From an uncultured Gemmatimonadales bacterium (GTDB taxonomy: Bacteria; Gemmatimonadota; Gemmatimonadetes; Longimicrobiales; RSA9): a stretch of 21,536 nucleotides of DNA. Position 1 is the first letter of the stretch, and each line of letters begins with the position of its first letter. The notes beneath the pieces were generated by a model. The model made no database searches. It was not told where the DNA came from and saw nothing but the letters and a program-made list of their open reading frames with translations. A program made the position numbers and the translations under genes. The DNA lies in contig CAWAMW010000003.1 in the NCBI GenBank assembly GCA_963783305.1, positions 1 through 21,536 on the forward strand, read 5' to 3'. This document shows, in pieces, positions 15,941 to 21,536 of the stretch.

Positions 15941-17625
15941 AACTGATGTCCTCCCGCTGCGGCCGCGATTGGAGCTGAGGCGAACGCTACTGGGACGTTC
16001 GTGGGTCCATGAAATTTCTCCCACTGGCTCCAGGATTCTCGCGTGATCGAATCCAGACGGTCATCACCCGAAGTGTACTCGTTCGCATCGAACTCCGTTC
16101 TCTGCATCGCGGCGTGCCAGTCACATCTGCCCACGATATGACGACCTCGCAGACGTGCAGTTAAGCCTGCGCGCAACTCAGTCCATATCCGCTCCCCCCT
16201 CGGCTCTGGGGTGAATGGGCGGTGGCCGCGCCTCTGCAAGCGAGCGGCAAGTGCGAGATCATATGCATGCTGACCTGCCAAGGCCTCGGTTGACGCAGTG
16301 AGTGCCGAGGCAATCAACTGGCGGTGCATGAAGGGACACGACACAGGAAGGAACCAATCGCAAAGGTCGAACATCATCGAGATCGATCGTGCCTGCCGCC
16401 ACTGAAGATCGAGGATCATCAATGCACCAGTCGGTCCAATATCCTCTGCCAGCTCGTTGAAACGCCCGATAACGTGACTCTTTATGTATTCACTTTCTTC
16501 GGCGTAGACCTCACCAAGGAGGGGGTCACGGTGACTCGGCAAGAGTATACCCAGGGCGTACTTACGATCTGGGTGGCCCGTTGGGCCTGAATGGGCGCCG
16601 GTCAACGCGTCCCCGAGAAAACCTACCACTGCGAGGCTTGCTTTCTCCTTAACCCAGTCGACGCCCAGAATGTTGTGACCGGTCTGGAGTCCCGAGCAGC
16701 CGGCGTGCAGTCCGATCACTTGGGGGCGATATGTATTCAGCGTCCACTCCTCGTAGGGCACCGTAAGTGCTTGATATCCGAGCTTTTTCGCTCGTCTCCT
16801 CCCTCTGACTGCATCCACAGAGTAGGATTCGCCGTACGTGGCCGACGTATCCGGGTATTCCGATGCGGCGATCGCGATTGCGGTGGAGTCTCGTCCGCCC
16901 GAATACATAAGGATGCTGGTCCGATCATAAGACTCGCGCTGGACACTATGATCCATCATCGCCCAGAACGAAGACGGACTGAGCGGCGGCGCGTCAGTGC
17001 TCATAAGCTCTTGGAGCCACTGGTCTCTCGAACCGGCAAGGCGTGCACCATTCTGATCAGCCAGCAACCGCATGCCTGCCGGCAGACGGAAGACCCCTTC
17101 AAAATGCGTTTCATCGAAGATCTGGGACCTGCCCAGTAGCTGCGCCGCCACCCCAACCTGATTCAGGCGCGGCTGCGTGGGCAGAATCTGGAGGAGCAGG
17201 CCGAGATGCGAACTGAAGTAGGTGGTCCTGCCCGAGGTGGTGTAAAAGATGGAGCCAGCTCCGATCCAATCCGTGAAGATTTCGACGGCGCCATCCGCAC
17301 CTACACGCATGCCAGAGTACCTCCCGTCCAGAAGGTCTGTTGACGGGGTTTCGCTGAACTGCTGATTCCAAACGAGCTCGCCTCGGAAGAAGGGCCTGCC
17401 GGTGAAGAGAAGCAATCCGGTTCGGCTGTGGTCTTTACTTGTTACAGGCTCTGTGCGTTCAACCAGCACGATGCCGGTCGAGCCGACTTCTATAGCACGG
17501 ACGAACTTGCCGGGCGAAGGGCAAGCCACCGCAGAAAGCCGGGCGCGATGGTCCACCAGGTCCGGAGCGGTCACACCGATGTAGGCCTGTACCGACAAAG
17601 GGGTAAGCACGTGGTCAGATTGCAT
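15937..17625 (-). CDS. Asparagine synthetase (AsnB)-related amide ligase lacking the N-terminal Cys
   Basis: TDWIG...IFY......FSS and GVFRLPAG (Ntn-like domain). SGGRDS PP-loop, GFLGDALTG and PFMHRQL (synthetase domain). Confidence 0.78.
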   Translation of the reverse strand: MQSDHVLTPLSVQAYIGVTAPDLVDHRARLSAVACPSPGKFVRAIEVGSTGIVLVERTEPVTSKDHSRTGLLLFTGRPFFRGELVWNQQFSETPSTDLLDGRYSGMRVGADGAVEIFTDWIGAGSIFYTTSGRTTYFSSHLGLLLQILPTQPRLNQVGVAAQLLGRSQIFDETHFEGVFRLPAGMRLLADQNGARLAGSRDQWLQELMSTDAPPLSPSSFWAMMDHSVQRESYDRTSILMYSGGRDSTAIAIAASEYPDTSATYGESYSVDAVRGRRRAKKLGYQALTVPYEEWTLNTYRPQVIGLHAGCSGLQTGHNILGVDWVKEKASLAVVGFLGDALTGAHSGPTGHPDRKYALGILLPSHRDPLLGEVYAEESEYIKSHVIGRFNELAEDIGPTGALMILDLQWRQARSISMMFDLCDWFLPVSCPFMHRQLIASALTASTEALAGQHAYDLALAARLQRRGHRPFTPEPRGERIWTELRAGLTARLRGRHIVGRCDWHAAMQRTEFDANEYTSGDDRLDSITRESWSQWEKFHGPTNVPVAFASAPIAAAAGGHQF

Positions 17626-18825
17626 ACGGATAGTTTCCGGTAGTAGCGTCCCTATGGCGAACAGATCTCAGCAATTTCCGATAAATGTCCACGTACAGCT
17701 CTCCTGTCACCGCAATGCTGAAATGGCTCTGAACCCGTTCTGCGGCCGCCAGACGGAGTCCGTCGCCGGCCGTCTACCCGTGGAGCCGAAGGCGGCTTCC
17801 AGGCACTGCAGAAAAGAGACGTCATCGCGCGGTTCGAAGAGGAATCCGGACTGGCCGTGCTCGATCACGTCTTCAGCGCCGCCGGTGCGTGTGGCGATGG
17901 GTACCAGCCCTGCCGCCATGGCCTCGACCAGCGCGTTCGGGAGACCTTCGCTCGTCGACGGCAGCACATACCCATCGGATGCCTGCAGATAGCGGTAAAC
18001 GGCGGGGTCACGATCGCGCATGATGATGCGGTCCCGCACGGGACTGGCGGCGACCTGTCCATACAAACGCTTCGCGTATCCCGTCTGATTCTCCACCCTG
18101 GCGGCACCTCCGACGAGCACCAGAGTCAGATCCAGCCTGGACAGGGGCTCTTCCAGAACCCGTACCAGCCAGTCCAGTGACTTCCGCTCGATGAATACTC
18201 CGTGGTAGATCAGGATCCTCCCTTCTGCGGGGAGGGAGAGCTCCTGTCGAAGCCGCTTCTTCATGGCAGCGGAAACCGGATGGTAGATCGCCGTATCCAC
18301 CCCGTTGGGAATCCAATGGAGCCGCGAGGTCGGGAGGCCACTGCGCTCGAATTCGCCCTCCAGCCGTTTGCTGAGGACCACGAACGCACCCGCCCCTTTC
18401 AGCATCCGGAGCTGCACCCTGCCACTCCTCGAGGCCCGGAGCCCCGCGAACTCGCCGGAAATGCTCGACCGGACAAGGACCGGCCTGCCCATCAGCCTTG
18501 CCATGGGTACCGCAGCAGACTGGCTGAAGTCTGCCGAGTGCACATGAAGCACATCGAACCGCCGACGCAGCTCGGCCAGACGTCGACCGATCCGGCCCCA
18601 GTAGGCGAGGATTTGCGGATACGTCGGGAAAAGAGGCGGGGGCCGGACGCGGCACATGGGGAACCCGTCGATCTCCTCTTCCCGATCGCTATCCGGCGTG
18701 CCATCGGTCAGGAAGACGACCTCCCACCCGGCCGCCTTCACCACGTGGGCCAGGGTCAGCGCCTGCTTGCCGGCGCCGCTGGGGTCCGGGGGCATGAACC
18801 GTTGGTAAATGCAGACGGAGGGCAT
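17615..18825 (-). CDS. Glycosyltransferase family 4, frameshifted near the C-terminus (about 17750-17775)
   Basis: IPNGVD, GVFIERK, LPSTSEGLPNALVEAMAAG. The typical tail LRLAAAERVQSHFSIAVTGELYVDIYRKLL...YAI* lies in another frame and ends at 17615, overlapping the AsnB-like ATG. Confidence 0.85.
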
Positions 18826-18853
18826 CAGTCTGCAAGAACGGGTCTACCGGCCA

Positions 18854-19740
18854 TCAGCGCTCCCGGGTCCTGGCTGGCTCGTGGAGGGTAGTCGTCCACT
18901 CGTCGAACGAGCGTCCGAGCAACGATTCGAGCCGCCTCGTCGAATCCTGGAGGCGGGGTCGAACCTCGGCGATCGCAAGATCCAGTGCTTCGTCCGTAAC
19001 AGCATCGGCGGACCGGTACGCGAGGCGCTGCCCCACCCTCTTGACCCGACGGGGTATGGCGGGGGAGATCCCGCCCCAGAACCGCGAACGCGCGAGACGG
19101 TCCAGCCAGCCGTTCCCGCGGACCCGGGTGAAAGTATCAGGCCTCGCGTTCTGTTTCTCGAGCCGAAGCTCGGTTCGGGCCGGAGCAAGATTCAGCCACT
19201 CGAGTATGCTCTGTGTGACACGTTGAGGGCTCCCGACCAGCTCTTCGAATGTCGCGGTGAAGATGGAGTCCATGCCGAACGTGTGGATGTACGGCTCGAG
19301 CTGCATGGCATAGTCGCTCACGGCGAGGTATTCCGGAACCTGCTCGAGCGCTTCGAGGAGACGACGGTGCTCCTGGTGCTTCCTCACGTTGTGCCAGTAG
19401 TTGCTCAACGTTCGCTCCACCGGATCCCGCATCAGGTAATGAAGCGCGGCTCTTCCCGGACGAACGACGCGATTCTTTCCGGCACACCCTCATACAGGGG
19501 CCGCTTCGTGTAGTGTGTGCTGGATTCACCCCGGTATCGAGCCGCCCCTGCCTCAGCAAACAGATGCAGGTACCACTCGGTGTGCGAAGGATAGTATCTC
19601 AGCTCGGGTACAAAGAACCCAGGTTCCTTCGGATCAGACAGGAAAACGTCGGGATGTTGCGACAGCAGGTGATGCAGCGAAGTCGTCCCCGATTTCGCCG
19701 CCCCGATAATGAACAGATTGGGACGCTTCGGTTCGGGCAT
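18854..19740 (-). CDS. PAPS-dependent sulfotransferase, split by a 1-nt deletion at about 19438
   Basis: MPEPKRPNLFIIGAAKSGTTSL, KEP.FF, GESSTHY in one frame and MRDPVERTLSNY in the next. Adding one base restores PRFIYLMRDPVER. Confidence 0.88.
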
Positions 19741-19987
19741 CAACGCCCTTCTCTGGTTGATTGGCTGCACGTTGCTAGACGGTTGGAGCGCATCCTGAAC
19801 ACGGAACGTCGCGTTGAAGCGCAGCGGAGTCAACAGCATGATGATGCGTTCAGGTCGGGTTGGGCGCGCGTCATGGTTTCGTCCAACGAGCTTGATTCAC
19901 GCATGCCCCGTCCCCATCTTCCGACCCCGCTGCAGTAGTCCCATCCTCAGCCTATCGAGCTGCAGGAGTATTCAGGCGGAGTCCCAA

Positions 19988-21355
19988 ATGATGACCAACG
20001 TGCTCCCGCGGGCGATCTTCCACGCGGCTACCTGGCTGAGGGGTGAGAGTCAATGGAACCAGCACCTTGACGCCTTGAGTCGTCTAGAACGAGCAGGGGC
20101 GGGCGAAGTTACGGCCGACCAGACCCGCAGACTCGATCGACTGCTGACTTTCGCCACCGAGAGGGTGCAGCAGTATCAGGGCATTCCACGGGTTTCCGCG
20201 GAATCGGTTGATGAGCCCCGGCTCCTGCTGTCTCCGTTTCCGCTGCTGGAGAAGCGCACCATCCAGCAGACGCCCGAGCTCGTGCATGGGGACCTGAGAG
20301 CACGCACCATCGTCAAGTCCACAGGTGGCTCCACCGGCGAGCCCGTAAAGCTGCTCAAGACCGCCGATGGCGTCGCGTTGGAACGGGCGGCAAGCTGGCT
20401 TGGCCTGGGATGGTTCGGGATCCGCGTGGGCGATCCCGCGGTTCGCTTCTGGGGCACCCCCCTCACGGCCTCCCGGCGGCTCCGGTTCCGCCTGTCCGAT
20501 CTGGCCATGAACCGGATCCGCCTGTCCGCGTTCGACATCGAGGAGGCCGACCTGGAGCGGTACTACCAGCGGATCCAGCGGTTCCAGCCGGCGTGGTTCT
20601 ACGGCTACGCGTCTCTAATCGATCTCATGGCCGAGTGGATCGAGGAGACGGGCCGCGACGGTGCGAGGCTGGGTCTGCGCGCCATCGTGCCCACGTCCGA
20701 GCCGCTGAGTGCTGCGCAGCGGGACCGCATCACCCGCGTCTTCGGTGCGCCCGTTCAGAACGAGTACGGCTGCGGCGAGGTGGGGGCGATGGCCTACGAA
20801 TGCGAGCAGGGCATGCTCCACGTTATGACGAGCTCGGTCCTGGTGGAGGTCCTGAACGAAGATGGCTCGCCGACCGCTCCCGGCCACACGGGGGAGGTGG
20901 TGGTGACCGACCTCAACAACTACGCGATGCCCCTCATCCGCTACCGGATGGGGGACCGCGCGGTGCCGGGACGGCCCTGCCCGTGTGGGCGGCCGTACCC
21001 CACCCTCGAGAGGGTGGTCGGGCGGATCCACGATGTCGTGTTTACGCCGCTGGGCCGCCGGTGGCACGGGGAGAAGATCGATTACCTCATGTCGTCGATC
21101 CACCAGGAGGTGTTCCCGTTCCAGCGGTACCAGGTGGTGCAGAAGGAGCCGGACCTCCTGGAGGTGAGGCTCGTGGCGGACGCGCCGATCCCCGAGGCAG
21201 CCAGCGCAAGGATTTCCGCGTACGTCCGGGAGCGGCTGGACGGGATGCGCACCGAGGTCCGCAGGGTGGATCGGATCGAGCGGAGCGTCAGTGGCAAGCT
21301 GCGCCTGGTTCGCAATGACGTGCAGGGTCGAACGGAAAATGAGGAGGATGCTTGA
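19988..21355 (+). CDS. Phenylacetate-CoA ligase family / CapK-like adenylate-forming enzyme
   Basis: STGGSTGEP, YGYAS, YGCGE, TDLNNYAMPLIRYRMGD, C-P-CGR, GRIHD, SGKLRLV. GGAG RBS before ATG 19988/19991. Confidence 0.9.
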   Translation: MMTNVLPRAIFHAATWLRGESQWNQHLDALSRLERAGAGEVTADQTRRLDRLLTFATERVQQYQGIPRVSAESVDEPRLLLSPFPLLEKRTIQQTPELVHGDLRARTIVKSTGGSTGEPVKLLKTADGVALERAASWLGLGWFGIRVGDPAVRFWGTPLTASRRLRFRLSDLAMNRIRLSAFDIEEADLERYYQRIQRFQPAWFYGYASLIDLMAEWIEETGRDGARLGLRAIVPTSEPLSAAQRDRITRVFGAPVQNEYGCGEVGAMAYECEQGMLHVMTSSVLVEVLNEDGSPTAPGHTGEVVVTDLNNYAMPLIRYRMGDRAVPGRPCPCGRPYPTLERVVGRIHDVVFTPLGRRWHGEKIDYLMSSIHQEVFPFQRYQVVQKEPDLLEVRLVADAPIPEAASARISAYVRERLDGMRTEVRRVDRIERSVSGKLRLVRNDVQGRTENEEDA

Positions 21356-21536
21356 CTGATCCCGGTGGCGAGCGGCTCCTGTTTCTGGCCCAGACGCTCC
21401 CGTACCCGCCGGATGGGGGCGTCCAGATACGGACCTACAACATCCTTCGACTCCTCTCCCGCCGGTTCAATGTCACAGCCCTCTGCTTCTACCGCCGCGC
21501 CTCCCATCCCACGCCGGAGCACGTGGAGCGGAGCCT
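21352..21536 (+). CDS. Glycosyltransferase family 4 N-terminus, cut by window end (absent from the ORF track)
   Basis: TTG at 21352 overlaps the upstream TGA, with GAGGAGG just before. Translates MTDPGGERLLFLAQTLPYPPDGGVQIRTYNILRLLSRRFNVTALCF..., with the PYPP-x-GG-x-IR pattern of EPS GT4 enzymes. Confidence 0.82.
   Translation, partial: MTDPGGERLLFLAQTLPYPPDGGVQIRTYNILRLLSRRFNVTALCFYRRASHPTPEHVERS

Noticed and set aside
19901..19916. Possible minus-strand sigma-54 site GGGACG-GGGC-ATGC upstream of the sulfation cassette
   Set aside because: Spacing is right but both boxes deviate from consensus; easily arises by chance at this GC content.
21082..21522. 146-aa minus-strand ORF at the window end
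   Set aside because: Shadow of the plus-strand CoA-ligase end and the GT4 N-terminus, which has clear family motifs.
1..21536. Exosortase, flippase, transposase/integrase, tRNA/rRNA
   Set aside because: Searched by eye in the translations and sequence; no supporting motifs found in this window.

Overview
High-GC bacterial cell-surface glycan locus associated with PEP-CTERM proteins. A Gemmatimonadota-like origin is an inference from gene style only. The left half holds two paralogous modules, each a priming sugar transferase followed by a PEP-CTERM surface protein. Between them lie a 4-TM membrane protein resembling cyanobacterial HpsJ, a palindromic repeat cluster, and an oppositely oriented wzc-like and wza-like export pair with a good sigma-54 promoter and tandem upstream palindromes. 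The right half is a tailoring cluster: five GT4 glycosyltransferases (one cut by the window end), a polysaccharide deacetylase, an ATP-grasp ligase, an O-antigen ligase/Wzy-like protein, a minus-strand sulfotransferase-GT4-AsnB-like-sulfotransferase cassette (lower GC where sampled), and a phenylacetate-CoA-ligase/CapK-like enzyme. Three genes carry single-base frameshifts, either from sequencing indels or real inactivation. A short diverged remnant of a GT N-terminus sits directly upstream of its paralog. No exosortase, flippase, RNA gene, CRISPR array or transposase is visible in the window.
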